Source of the DNA: an uncultured virus (IMG/VR IMGVR_UViG_3300023105_001655)
Lineage: Duplodnaviria; Heunggongvirae; Uroviricota; Caudoviricetes
Virus record (IMG/VR): IMGVR_UViG_3300023105_001655
Length of the DNA stretch: 56,851 bases
Direction: 5' to 3' (one strand)
In this document: piece by piece, positions 26,136 through 36,091 of the stretch
Layout: every line of letters starts with the position of its first letter
Numbering within the stretch: the stretch's first letter is position 1
Translations under genes and position numbers: made by a program
The notes under the pieces: generated by a model
Seen by the model: the letters and a program-made list of their open reading frames with translations, nothing else
Told to the model about the DNA's origin: nothing
Database searches by the model: none

Positions 26136-27746
26136 ATGTCAAAAGTTGATGTGTTACTTTTTACTGGAATGGCGGGATATGCAAATACAGTAAAAGAGTT
26201 TGGTGATGAACCAGTGTATGAAACCAGAAGTAGAACTTCTGGAACATATAGAATTGCTACCTACATAAGAGATGAGTTTGATCTTGATGTTGAGGTGGTA
26301 GATTTTATCTTTTCTTGGACAATTGAAGAACTAAAAGAACTTTGTAAAAGTAGGATTGGGCCAGATACCAGACTTGTTGGTATTGGCGGAATCTTTTTTC
26401 TTAGCGCCCCAGTAGTTCTTGAATTGTTCAAACACATCAAAGAAACTTATCCACATGTCACCACATGCGCTGGTAGTCAAGATGTGTGGTCTATTGTACA
26501 GATACCAAACATAGATTACTACGTCTCTGGATACGGAGAACTTGGTATCAAAGCAGTATTAGAAGGAAACCCCAAGTGTGTCGATCTTCAGATGTTTCCA
26601 CATATGCCAGTTGTGAAACATGTTGATTGTTGGAGAACAAAAGAATACAACGCATGGCCATGGCCAATACTCTCCATCAAATACGAGGAAAGAGATTTTA
26701 TCAAACCTTATGAAGTTGTTTCTATGGAGACATCTCGTGGTTGCCGTTTCAAGTGTTCTTATTGCAACTTCCCGATTCTAGGGGTTAAAGAAGACTACAC
26801 TCGTAGCAAAGAAGACTTTGAAACAAACATCAAAGAAAATTACGACAAGTGGGGTCTTACAGAATACATTATTACAGATGACACATTCAATGATTATGTT
26901 GAAAAAATAAGAAAGTACGGTGATGTTGTTCAATCATTGGACTTCAAACCAAATTTCACTGGATATGTTCGTGCTGATCTAATGACCATGAGGGAAGGTG
27001 ATCTGGAAGAACTGGCAAGGATGAGATTTAACAGTCACTTGTATGGCATCGAATCTACGAATCATGCATCTGCTAAAGCAATTGGTAAAGGGGGAGACCC
27101 AGAAAAAATCCTGCCTGGTATATTAGAAGCAAAGAAATATTTCCTCAAACACAATGATTTTTATCGTGGCGAAATGAGTTTTATTTGGGGACTACCTCAC
27201 GAAACCAGAGAAACACTGGACAAAACATTCAAATGGATTGACGAAAATTGGTATGGTGAGGCAGTATCAATGTTTCCTCTACACATCATTAGGGATAGCG
27301 GGTTTTCGAGACCCAATGATATGTCCAACAATATGGATAAATATGGATATACAACCTTGCAACCAATAGAAATTAAACCAGTTGGGGATAGACTGGATCA
27401 TATTTACAACAACCCAAATATTGCTGACTATTTTAAGTGGAGAATTAAGAAAATGGTTCCAGATGTAAACTCACCACAGTTTCAAATGGGTAGTTACCTC
27501 TGGAAAAACGAACACTTTGACTATATTGAAGCATTCATTGGCGTGCAGGAAGAAATATTTGGACACGAAAGATACTGGGATCGTGGTGTACCTATCTTTA
27601 ATCAGTCAAATTGGCAGGGAGTTGGATTTACAAAGAATGATATGTTGACCAAAACATTTAGAGAACTGCCTAGTATGATGAATCCACCCAGAGAAATGGT
27701 CAAAGATTCTATAGAAGAGTACAAACAGAAGAAGTTATCTTTATAA
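26136..27746 (+). CDS. B12-binding-domain radical SAM enzyme
   Basis: ETSRGCRFKCSYC (CxxxCxxC), DDTFN, GIES and GLPHET motifs, with an N-terminal Rossmann-like region ending GYGE. Confidence 0.85.
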   Translation: MSKVDVLLFTGMAGYANTVKEFGDEPVYETRSRTSGTYRIATYIRDEFDLDVEVVDFIFSWTIEELKELCKSRIGPDTRLVGIGGIFFLSAPVVLELFKHIKETYPHVTTCAGSQDVWSIVQIPNIDYYVSGYGELGIKAVLEGNPKCVDLQMFPHMPVVKHVDCWRTKEYNAWPWPILSIKYEERDFIKPYEVVSMETSRGCRFKCSYCNFPILGVKEDYTRSKEDFETNIKENYDKWGLTEYIITDDTFNDYVEKIRKYGDVVQSLDFKPNFTGYVRADLMTMREGDLEELARMRFNSHLYGIESTNHASAKAIGKGGDPEKILPGILEAKKYFLKHNDFYRGEMSFIWGLPHETRETLDKTFKWIDENWYGEAVSMFPLHIIRDSGFSRPNDMSNNMDKYGYTTLQPIEIKPVGDRLDHIYNNPNIADYFKWRIKKMVPDVNSPQFQMGSYLWKNEHFDYIEAFIGVQEEIFGHERYWDRGVPIFNQSNWQGVGFTKNDMLTKTFRELPSMMNPPREMVKDSIEEYKQKKLSL

Positions 27747-27749
27747 ATA
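27742..27749 (+). promoter_or_regulatory. T4-type late promoter
   Basis: TATAAATA at a gene junction. Confidence 0.7.
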
Positions 27750-27784
27750 TATTGAAACATTAAATATTATTTTGGAGAATTTAC

Positions 27785-29905
27785 ATGCCAGTTGAAAGAA
27801 ATATCAGGGATATTCTTGCTTCTGGACAGACAGACCTATTGGAAGCAGATATGTCAAGAAGACTTGATATGTTGGTCAGACAGGGTTTGATGTCAACAGG
27901 CAAACTTCCCATCCTAAAACGTGGTTTAGAAAAACTACAAATGGGAAAAGTTGGAACGCCACAGGAAAGAGATGCAGTAAACACTCTGTTGAATTCTATG
28001 ATGTATATCGTTCTTGGTGACGATACGGTATTTCAACGGGCAAGACAACACACCCAAAAGAATCGCTATCAGACCGAAGAGAGTGAGATCAACTCGGCCG
28101 ATGAAAGTGATGATGTAGAACTGAATGAATGGGAAACATTTTTGTTGGACATTGAAACTCTTGAAGAGAAGAATGTCCCAACAAACCCAAAATTGTGGTC
28201 TAAGTATAAGTCGCAGGCAAAATCAAAGTTTGATGTCTACCCTTCTGCTTACGCCAATGGTTGGGCCGCCAAGATGTATAAAAAGGCCGGTGGTAGTTGG
28301 AAGACTGTCAGTGAAGAAGTTGACACTGGACAGTATGATGCAAGAAAGAAACCGCAGTCCAGTGAAAAGGAAAAACAAGCTGTTTTCGACAAGCATCGTG
28401 AAAGGATGAAAAAACTAAAGAAAGAAGAAGTCGAACTTGACGAAAAGTTAGAAACAGAACGCATTAAACATCCAGTTGGCAAAAGACCCCCAGGCATAGG
28501 GTGGACTCTTAAACAGGCGGGTGAACAAACTGGAAAAGACCATAGTGTGTGGGAACGCAAATTCAAAAGAGTAAAACCCACAAACGAAGAAACAGAACTT
28601 GACGAAAAGATCGAAGACATGGACATGGGTGAAGTTATCAAAGACTTCCAAAAGTCTGATGCCCCTCAGTTTAAAGGTAAGTCAAAAGAAAAAAGAAGAG
28701 AGATGGCAATTGCCGCTAAACTCTCCAAAGAAGAGACCGAAGAGGAAACTACTGTGAACACGAACAACCCCTTTGCTGCAGCTAAGAAGGCAAAATTAGA
28801 CGAGTATAGAACTAAGAACCCTGCCGCCGATGCAGAAGATTCTCGCCAACGTGCCAAGAAGGCTGCTGAGAGACTTTCTCGTAAAGTTGCAAAGACCGAG
28901 AAGGAAACAGACCCAGGCATCAAGGAAGAAGTCGAAATTGAAGAGGGTATGACTGCAAAAGATATTAAGATGGGCGTGGGTATTGCTCGTGATAAGAGAT
29001 ATGCTGGTGGAAACATGACAGGTGCATCTAAGGCGATGGAAAAGGTCAAGAAAGGTCTCTCTGATCATCCTCGTGTTAGGAAAGAATTGCAGAAACAGAA
29101 CGAAGAGTCTCAAGAAGATTCTGTTGATGAAATCGCAGAAATGTCCTACAAAGAAAAGTTTCAGGCCATGTTGAAGAAAACTGGCAAGTCTCTTGCATCA
29201 ATGTCTGACGAAGAGAAGAAGAAGTTTTTCAACAGTGTAGATGACGCACACAAGGCGAAGAACGAAAACTACACCATGAAGAACTCTTACGCTAAGTCTG
29301 GCAAGATGTCAAAGGATAAGGAATCACATGACACGGGTGGTTTCCGTATTTCTAACAAAGATGCCGCTGCTGCAAAGGATAGACTCAAGGCGAAGAAGGG
29401 TATCAGTGAAGTTGCAATCGCTGGTATCAACGCACCTTCACAGGGTGGTACTCGCAAAGAACTTCTCGACAAACTTAGAAAAAATCCAAAAGACACTAAA
29501 CTTGCAAACTCTGCTTGGAAGGCTGGTGCAACTAGCAAAGAGATCAAAGGTGCCATTGCCAACGAAGAGATTGAAGAGAGCGCTGCTAACAGGGCTTTTG
29601 CTCAGGCAAAAAGAGATTACGATGCGGATGACAAGAAAGGTCTTGCTCCTACCAAGAAAGACTCTAAACCCGCAAAAGTCAGTGACGCATCTAATGCAAA
29701 AGAAATCGAACACATTGTACCTCAGATGCGAAAAGCAATTACTGTTGGTAAAGAGGTTCAGTTTCAAGATGGGAAGACGCACAAGATCAGCAAGGGCCAT
29801 GCTGCCAAATTTTTGAACAAGTATATGAACAGTAAACCTGCTGACAAACATAAGATGCAAACGTCTGCCCATAAGAGTCACGATCACTTTATGAAGCATG
29901 TATAA
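27785..29905 (+). CDS. Large K/E-rich modular late protein, probable internal head polyprotein
   Basis: Short basic modules separated by repeated (I/L/V)xE(E) linkers; late promoter; GGAG SD. Confidence 0.7.
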   Translation: MPVERNIRDILASGQTDLLEADMSRRLDMLVRQGLMSTGKLPILKRGLEKLQMGKVGTPQERDAVNTLLNSMMYIVLGDDTVFQRARQHTQKNRYQTEESEINSADESDDVELNEWETFLLDIETLEEKNVPTNPKLWSKYKSQAKSKFDVYPSAYANGWAAKMYKKAGGSWKTVSEEVDTGQYDARKKPQSSEKEKQAVFDKHRERMKKLKKEEVELDEKLETERIKHPVGKRPPGIGWTLKQAGEQTGKDHSVWERKFKRVKPTNEETELDEKIEDMDMGEVIKDFQKSDAPQFKGKSKEKRREMAIAAKLSKEETEEETTVNTNNPFAAAKKAKLDEYRTKNPAADAEDSRQRAKKAAERLSRKVAKTEKETDPGIKEEVEIEEGMTAKDIKMGVGIARDKRYAGGNMTGASKAMEKVKKGLSDHPRVRKELQKQNEESQEDSVDEIAEMSYKEKFQAMLKKTGKSLASMSDEEKKKFFNSVDDAHKAKNENYTMKNSYAKSGKMSKDKESHDTGGFRISNKDAAAAKDRLKAKKGISEVAIAGINAPSQGGTRKELLDKLRKNPKDTKLANSAWKAGATSKEIKGAIANEEIEESAANRAFAQAKRDYDADDKKGLAPTKKDSKPAKVSDASNAKEIEHIVPQMRKAITVGKEVQFQDGKTHKISKGHAAKFLNKYMNSKPADKHKMQTSAHKSHDHFMKHV

Positions 29906-29908
29906 ATA
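29901..29908 (+). promoter_or_regulatory. T4-type late promoter
   Basis: TATAAATA overlapping a stop codon. Confidence 0.7.
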
Positions 29909-29939
29909 TCAAAACAAAAACCTCTAAAGGAGAATAACA

Positions 29940-30341
29940 ATGTCCGCTTGGTCTAAGTCCACAAAACCCGTAGTTACGGGTATTCCTGCTTCAGAAATCT
30001 TCATGGTTGACGAAGCAGAAGTTGCCGCAACCCCAGGCATCGCACAGCCTGGTTGGGTTCGCCGTAAAGTACAGGGTTCTAGAGTTGTCTATGAAACTCT
30101 TGTTGCAATGGCAGATGCCGCTACTGATGCTGAATACGAAGCCGCAGTTGGTGTTGTTGCTACAGCACTTGTTAATGGTACAGAGTACAAAATTCTTACT
30201 ACAGGTGACACCGACTTCACATTGGTTGGCGCCACAGACTCTAACCCAGGCACAGTCTTCACCGCTACTGGTGCTGGCGTAGGAACTGGTACTGCTGTTG
30301 CAACTGCCGATGATGACGATGACGAGTTCCCAGACTCCTAA
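29940..30341 (+). CDS. Probable virion structural protein
   Basis: AGGAG SD; PGW...RV..ETLVAM motif; A/T/G-rich C-terminal domain. Confidence 0.65.
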   Translation: MSAWSKSTKPVVTGIPASEIFMVDEAEVAATPGIAQPGWVRRKVQGSRVVYETLVAMADAATDAEYEAAVGVVATALVNGTEYKILTTGDTDFTLVGATDSNPGTVFTATGAGVGTGTAVATADDDDDEFPDS

Positions 30342-30368
30342 TAAATACTTTTAGATTAGGAGTATTTC

Positions 30369-30812
30369 ATGGCTGATGCAAAACTTTCAGAACTAAATGC
30401 GGCTACTTCTGTAGCCGCTGATGACACACTTTATGTGGTTCAGAGTTCGGATAGCAAAAAGGTAACTGTTGCCAATGTTTTTGGTCAGGTTCCGACACCT
30501 ACTGTTTTTGCCGATAAAGTTTCTATTGGCGATCATGAAACAATTACTGGTGCAGGTGCGTTGTCTAACCTTGTCAACGTACATCTTATCAATAGTCCAG
30601 GCGCAAGCGGAACACTCACAATGTCCGCTGGTGTAGAAGGACAAATGAAAATAATTATAATGACATCCAATTCTAGTCAGATTAATATGATATTGGATGA
30701 CAGTGATCTTGGTCATGACACCATCACCTTCTCTAATGTTGGTGATACTGCTACTCTAATTTTTGCAGGGTCAAAATGGTGGATGATTGGGGGAACGGCT
30801 GTAGTAACATAA
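30369..30812 (+). CDS. Probable virion structural protein
   Basis: MADAKLSEL.AAT....D.L.VV....KKVT N-terminus typical of fibre/decoration proteins; AATAAATA late-like box upstream. Confidence 0.65.
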   Translation: MADAKLSELNAATSVAADDTLYVVQSSDSKKVTVANVFGQVPTPTVFADKVSIGDHETITGAGALSNLVNVHLINSPGASGTLTMSAGVEGQMKIIIMTSNSSQINMILDDSDLGHDTITFSNVGDTATLIFAGSKWWMIGGTAVVT

Positions 30813-30827
30813 GATAAGAATAATAAT

Positions 30828-31205
30828 ATGGTAGAATTGAGTGAAGATAATTATCTTGTTTATGCTTTAAAACACTACAATAGTCCAGAATGTTCTGGCA
30901 TGGAAGATTTTGAAGAAGACATAAAAAGATTTAAATATTTGAAGAGATTGTTCAGAAGGTATGAAAGAACTGGAGTACTGAACGATAGATTAATTTTGAA
31001 TCACTTAATTGTGTTGTATAATGTCCTTGACGGTGCTGCGACACCACTATTGTTTTTTAAGATTGATAAAAAACATTGGCCAATTTTAAAAACTTTTTTA
31101 GTATTCATTAATAGAATGCCTATAGAATCAATAGTTAGTGGTGGAGTAAGGGGTGATGAGATACCACTCGACTTTCATGTTATAAACATACTTAGGAATA
31201 TTTAA
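30828..31205 (+). CDS. Conserved T4-like hypothetical protein
   Basis: A.K.Y..P.C...EDF.ED.KRFKY.KRL...RLILNH motif. Confidence 0.75.
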   Translation: MVELSEDNYLVYALKHYNSPECSGMEDFEEDIKRFKYLKRLFRRYERTGVLNDRLILNHLIVLYNVLDGAATPLLFFKIDKKHWPILKTFLVFINRMPIESIVSGGVRGDEIPLDFHVINILRNI

Positions 31206-31750
31206 TGTCAAGAGTAGTAGACACGCTAATTGCTTACAGAATATTGAGAATGTTTTCTCAACCTATTACTCAGCACCCAGCATATATTCAAGGTATTGTT
31301 GATAAAGACGGTAACAAGATCAAAGAACCTAGTACTTCATCCGAACTAGATTCTTATACAATGCTCGATAGATTAGCCTTCAAAATTAAAAGATCATTGA
31401 TGAAATCTCCAGATAGAAATGCAAAGAGACTGTTGACATTTGCTGCTGCCATCGCTATTTTGAGAGAACAGAGTGATGTAGATGAAATGTCAGAAGAAGA
31501 CTTTGATATTTTAATTGATATGTATTCTCAAGATGAAAACATTATCAGCGAGGCAAAAATATTAGAATCGGGAAAACTCCCATTTAGATATTTTGCAATG
31601 GGAGAGGAAATAGCCAACGCTGCTGGGCCTATGGTAGGTGGAAACATCGCCGGATTAGGAACAGACGCTCAGGGCGAACCAGGCCGCAATCCATCTCTAA
31701 TGCCTCTTCAACGTAGAAAAAAGAAGAAGAGGCATCTCAATGTCAACTAG
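31205..31750 (+). CDS. Conserved T4-like hypothetical protein
   Basis: D.LIAYR.L...P....AY..GI.D..G motif; C-terminal EEIANA.G...IAG. Confidence 0.7.
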   Translation: MSRVVDTLIAYRILRMFSQPITQHPAYIQGIVDKDGNKIKEPSTSSELDSYTMLDRLAFKIKRSLMKSPDRNAKRLLTFAAAIAILREQSDVDEMSEEDFDILIDMYSQDENIISEAKILESGKLPFRYFAMGEEIANAAGPMVGGNIAGLGTDAQGEPGRNPSLMPLQRRKKKKRHLNVN

Positions 31751-32201
31751 ACAACCAGCAAAAACAAATGATTCAAGAATAGCTGTACTGGAATCCGAAA
31801 TGCACAAACTGGACGGATTCTTTAGTAGACTAGATTTATCTATTGAGAAAATCACCGAACTAAACGTGTCCATCCGTGAAGTTTTGTCCTCCCATGAAAC
31901 AAGACTAAACGCCACAGAAGTAGAATTGGAGCAACAGTTTTCCATGTTTGATCAAAGATATGAACAACTGCATTCTCGCATTTCTACTGTTCAGAGAGAA
32001 CTAGCGGATGAAATGAAGGATGAGACGAAAAGTATTATGACCGCAATCAATGATTTGCGTTCTGATATGAACAGACATCAGGCGAAAGAAGAGGATCGCA
32101 TTAGGCACATTGAGAGACGCCAATGGTTAATTATGGGCGCAGCTGCCACTCTTGGATTTATAATTGGGAATTCCCAATTTTTATCTGGATTTTTATCTTG
32201 A
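31740..32201 (+). CDS. Coiled-coil protein with C-terminal TM helix
   Basis: Heptad repeats then RI..IER.QWLIMGAAATLGFII. Confidence 0.7.
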   Translation: MSTRQPAKTNDSRIAVLESEMHKLDGFFSRLDLSIEKITELNVSIREVLSSHETRLNATEVELEQQFSMFDQRYEQLHSRISTVQRELADEMKDETKSIMTAINDLRSDMNRHQAKEEDRIRHIERRQWLIMGAAATLGFIIGNSQFLSGFLS

Positions 32202-32227
32202 CAAATCCCCTCCCCTAGTGATATTAT
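32198..32227 (+). promoter_or_regulatory. Sigma70-type promoter (likely leaderless transcript)
   Basis: TTGACA-18 bp-TATTAT with TG; ATG 6 nt downstream. Confidence 0.6.
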
Positions 32228-32233
32228 TTTGTA

Positions 32234-33166
32234 ATGATTCTACTTGATAGTAACGAAAAAATACAAAAGCTTCTGGACGGAAATTACGCAGAAGAAGATA
32301 TTCTTTATTATAACGCAAATGAAGCAGAAATAAGACCAGACTACGACTATTCTAAATTACAAGCAAAATCCTATATAGAAGTTACTGGATGTCTTGATCC
32401 ACCGCAAAATTTAAAACCAAATCACCAAAAAATAATTTATCCTTGGTTTTGGCTAGTCGATACTATTCGCATGGTGTGGGACAATGACGCAACCGACCCC
32501 AAAAGATACTGGCAAACCACAAGACCCCCCGCTCAATTCTACACATGCATGTTGGGTCAACTAAGACCCCACCGAGAAATGATTTTCGATCTTTTGTTGT
32601 GGAACAAATGTGTAAGTCAATACTTGACCTTTGCTGGAAAGGGTATTTACAGAGATGTCGTTGAACCTATTCGGCAAGACGTAGGAAGAGTTGTTTGGTC
32701 TGGTTCAAATCAACAAAAAACTCACAGGTTTCCGCCTTGGTATGATCTTTGTCTAATTGACTTGGTGGTAGAGACGCACGAAGACCACACATTCTACACG
32801 GAGAAGACTTGGAAACCTTTTCTTGGAATGCGCCTCCCAATGATCTTTGGAAATTGCTTTATGATGAAACCCCTTATGGAATGGGGATTTCGTTTTCCAC
32901 TCAATATCGTTGATTATTCCTATGACAACGAACCAAATCCATATCTAAGAGCTCGTGCTTTGGTGATGGAACTAAAAAGACTCAGGGAAGAAGTTGGTAT
33001 GGAGAAAATACACAAAGAAACCCTTACTATTAGAAAACAAAATCAAAGACTTTGTTTTAAATTATTAGACACCATCGAACTTCCTTCTGAAGTGCCAGAA
33101 TTTCCAGCATATCTAGAGCATTTAGAAATATCTAAAAAATTAGGAAAACGTTTCTTATCCTATTGA
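32234..33166 (+). CDS. Glycosyltransferase-like protein (TEKTWKP family)
   Basis: R.HR...LVVET...FYTEKTWKPF...GF...DYSYD resembles the GT10-type donor-binding motif. Confidence 0.45.
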   Translation: MILLDSNEKIQKLLDGNYAEEDILYYNANEAEIRPDYDYSKLQAKSYIEVTGCLDPPQNLKPNHQKIIYPWFWLVDTIRMVWDNDATDPKRYWQTTRPPAQFYTCMLGQLRPHREMIFDLLLWNKCVSQYLTFAGKGIYRDVVEPIRQDVGRVVWSGSNQQKTHRFPPWYDLCLIDLVVETHEDHTFYTEKTWKPFLGMRLPMIFGNCFMMKPLMEWGFRFPLNIVDYSYDNEPNPYLRARALVMELKRLREEVGMEKIHKETLTIRKQNQRLCFKLLDTIELPSEVPEFPAYLEHLEISKKLGKRFLSY

Positions 33167-33191
33167 CATTTGACTCTATCTGTAGTAGTAT
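33163..33191 (+). promoter_or_regulatory. Sigma70-type promoter for primase (likely leaderless)
   Basis: TTGACA-17 bp-TAGTAT; ATG 6 nt downstream, no SD. Confidence 0.7.
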
Positions 33192-33197
33192 ACTCCT

Positions 33198-34235
33198 ATG
33201 TTATACGTTGATGTCAAATACTTAAACTATATCTCTCATCGTTTTGAGAAATTCAAGCGCAAGAATGATTATCTCTTTAATGTGAGGTGTCCTTTTTGTG
33301 GGGATTCCAAGCGCAAACTAAATAAGATGCGTGGATACTTCTTTCGTAAAGAAAACAACATGATCTATAAGTGCCACAAGTGTGGATATGGCGCATCCTT
33401 TGGTAACGTGTTGAAACAACTTGATCCAGTGTCCTACAAAGAATACTGTCTTGAAAAATATACGGAAGGCGAGAAAAAACAGTGGCAACCATCTGGATCA
33501 AACTGGACACCAAACGGACACAAACTCTTTGATACTGCTGCCGAACCACCAGAGCCAAAGGTTGTAAATCTTATAGATAATATAATGGACAGGGTGAGTA
33601 CTCTTCCATATGATCATGAGGTTGTCGAGTATGTTGAAAGTAGGTCAATTCCAAAAACTGCATGGGACAGACTTTACTTCATTGACAACATAAAAAATAT
33701 CGTACAACTTAATGACAAATATGCGGCGAGTATCGTCACGGAGGAACCAAGATTAGCAATACCGTTCTTTGACAGACACGGCAGACTCACTGCTGTGTCT
33801 TTGCGTGCCATGCGTGGCGAAACGTTAAGATATATCCTAGTCAAAGTAAGAGAAGAAGCTCCAACTGTATTCGGTTTAGAACAAGTTTGTGAGGATAAAA
33901 TGATCACGGTTGTTGAAGGCCCGTTGGATTCTCTATTTTTAGATAACTGTATTGCTTGTGCTGGTACTTCATTTGGCAAGATTGGGGATTTTGGATTTGA
34001 TCCCGAAAAGATTCGGATTGTGTTTGATAACCAACCGAAAAACAAGGAAGTTTGTAAATTGATCGAAAAATATGTAGATCAAAATTACAATATTGTAATT
34101 TGGCCAGAAAGTATATCTCAAAAAGATATAAATGATATGGCAAGAGATGGTTTGGACGTACAGGAAATAGTGAACAACAATACTCACCGTGGACTGTCTG
34201 CCAAATTTAAATTCAATCAATGGAAAAAGTGTTAG
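33198..34235 (+). CDS. gp61: DNA primase
   Basis: CPFCGDS...CHKCG zinc finger, EGPLDSLF, FDNQP and KDINDM TOPRIM motifs. Confidence 0.95.
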   Translation: MLYVDVKYLNYISHRFEKFKRKNDYLFNVRCPFCGDSKRKLNKMRGYFFRKENNMIYKCHKCGYGASFGNVLKQLDPVSYKEYCLEKYTEGEKKQWQPSGSNWTPNGHKLFDTAAEPPEPKVVNLIDNIMDRVSTLPYDHEVVEYVESRSIPKTAWDRLYFIDNIKNIVQLNDKYAASIVTEEPRLAIPFFDRHGRLTAVSLRAMRGETLRYILVKVREEAPTVFGLEQVCEDKMITVVEGPLDSLFLDNCIACAGTSFGKIGDFGFDPEKIRIVFDNQPKNKEVCKLIEKYVDQNYNIVIWPESISQKDINDMARDGLDVQEIVNNNTHRGLSAKFKFNQWKKC

Positions 34236-34243
34236 GAGATAAC

Positions 34244-34576
34244 ATGAAAGAGTTTTGGAATAAAGTAAAAGCTTGGTGGATGGGTTTCGACTACAACCAA
34301 GATGGGAAGGTTGATGGAACGGATGTCAAAAACAAGGTTGATGATGTCGTTGCAGAAGCCAAGGAAACTGTTGCTGAAGTAAAAGCAGAAGTTGCAAATC
34401 GTGTTGATCGAGTCAAGGAAGAACTCGCAGACGTTAAAGATGCCGCAGCTGCTGTTGTAGATCAGGCGGGTGATGTGGTTGACGCTGCTAAAGGTAAACC
34501 TCGCCGTGGTCGCAAACCAGGCGCCAAGAAAAAGACCGCACCCAAAAAGAAGGCTGCACCCAAGTCTAAAAACTAA
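34244..34576 (+). CDS. Hypothetical protein: EF-hand-like loop, A/V/K/D-rich helix, basic tail
   Basis: AGGAG SD; DYNQDGKVDGTD; tail KPRRGRKPGAKKKTAPKKKAAPK. Confidence 0.7.
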   Translation: MKEFWNKVKAWWMGFDYNQDGKVDGTDVKNKVDDVVAEAKETVAEVKAEVANRVDRVKEELADVKDAAAAVVDQAGDVVDAAKGKPRRGRKPGAKKKTAPKKKAAPKSKN

Positions 34577-34593
34577 GTCAAGGATAGTATATT

Positions 34594-35280
34594 ATGTCGC
34601 ATGTGAGTCTAGTCAGTCTCTCTAAACCTTCTGCAATTACTGGATGTGAAACAGCAGGACAATTGGTTTCCTATGTTGCACGAGTAAGTAATCCAGAAAA
34701 TCAAAACAATCAGGAAACTGCTCCTAGATTGTTGAGATACCTTGCAAAAAACAATCACTGGTCTCCATTTGAAATGGTACACATTACTATGGAAATCAAA
34801 ACTACCCGTGATATTGCACGACAAATCTTGAGACATAGAAGTTTTAGTTTTCAAGAATTTAGTCAAAGGTATGCCGTGAGCGAGAGTTTTATAACTCGTC
34901 CAGCAAGATTGCAAGACCCCAAGAACAGGCAGAATAGTATTCCGATTGAAAAGACTCTGACCAAACACGGGGAATCAACCCCAGAACAACGAATGGCAGA
35001 AGCTTGGAATATGAAACAACATGAATTGGTGAACAAGATCAAAGAAGTTTATCAGTGGGCTCTGAATCAGGGTATTGCAAAGGAACAGGCTAGGGCAGTT
35101 TTGCCCGAGGGTCTTACTGAAACAACACTCTATATGGCGGGTTCACTGCGATCTTGGATTCATTACTGTGAACTCCGCCGTGCAAACGGAACACAGAAAG
35201 AACACATGGATGTTGCTGATAAGTGTTGGGATATTATTGGTCTTCATTTTCCAGAAGTGGTTGAGGCACTAAATGAGTAG
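34594..35280 (+). CDS. thyX: Flavin-dependent thymidylate synthase
   Basis: RHRSFSFQEFSQRY ThyX motif, HWSPFEM, ARAVLP. Confidence 0.96.
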   Translation: MSHVSLVSLSKPSAITGCETAGQLVSYVARVSNPENQNNQETAPRLLRYLAKNNHWSPFEMVHITMEIKTTRDIARQILRHRSFSFQEFSQRYAVSESFITRPARLQDPKNRQNSIPIEKTLTKHGESTPEQRMAEAWNMKQHELVNKIKEVYQWALNQGIAKEQARAVLPEGLTETTLYMAGSLRSWIHYCELRRANGTQKEHMDVADKCWDIIGLHFPEVVEALNE

Positions 35281-36091
35281 AAAATTTTTTCGGTACAAAG
35301 CTTTTGAAAGAATTTTTAAATCTACTGAGGATAATCAGGATACCATTAGTCGAGTAGAAGATAAAATAAAATATCACAACCCCCAATCATATAATCGAAA
35401 AAGTCCGATTACATTGAACTGGGTTTCTACTGACAGTGAGGAAGAGTACAATAAAAACTTTGAAAAACGAAAAAACGAACTAGAAAAATATGGGTGGTTG
35501 GGAACAACCATTAATTATGATCTGAATAGTTACGGATTTCGTGATGAAGAGTTTTATGAATCTCCAAACAGTATTGTAGCAACTGGAGAGTGTTTTACGT
35601 TTGGCACTGGTTTACACGAAACTCAAATATGGCCTTCCATGTTGGAGTGGGAAACTAAAACAAAAGTGTGGAATTTGGGACTGCCAACTGCACCAATGGA
35701 TGTCACTTTTAGAGCTCTATATTCTTGGCTCCCGATTATAAAACCCAAAATGGTTTTACTTTTGGAGAACAGCCAATTAGGAAGGGAAGTGTTCACCAAT
35801 GAAAATGCTGAACCCATTGGATTTTGGTCACCAGAATCTTGGAAACAAGATTTAGCTGCCGATAAAGTAGAGAGATATATATCAAGACAGAAGAACCTAA
35901 TGGCAATCAGTGAACTGTGTCACCAACACAACATAGAATTGAGAACCATATCTGCTGTTGAAAGGCATCATATTGGTATGAATGCTTGGAAAAACAACGA
36001 GAATGAAAAATTTGCGGCATCAAGAGATTTGATGCATCCAGGCTTGCACTTTCAGCAAGACCTAACAACGAGATGGTTAAGGGAAATTTAA
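35273..36091 (+). CDS. SGNH/GDSL-like protein (paralog of 24899-25855)
   Basis: INY.LNS.GFR, GECFTFG, WNLG and RDLMHPG. Confidence 0.55.
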   Translation: MSRKFFRYKAFERIFKSTEDNQDTISRVEDKIKYHNPQSYNRKSPITLNWVSTDSEEEYNKNFEKRKNELEKYGWLGTTINYDLNSYGFRDEEFYESPNSIVATGECFTFGTGLHETQIWPSMLEWETKTKVWNLGLPTAPMDVTFRALYSWLPIIKPKMVLLLENSQLGREVFTNENAEPIGFWSPESWKQDLAADKVERYISRQKNLMAISELCHQHNIELRTISAVERHHIGMNAWKNNENEKFAASRDLMHPGLHFQQDLTTRWLREI

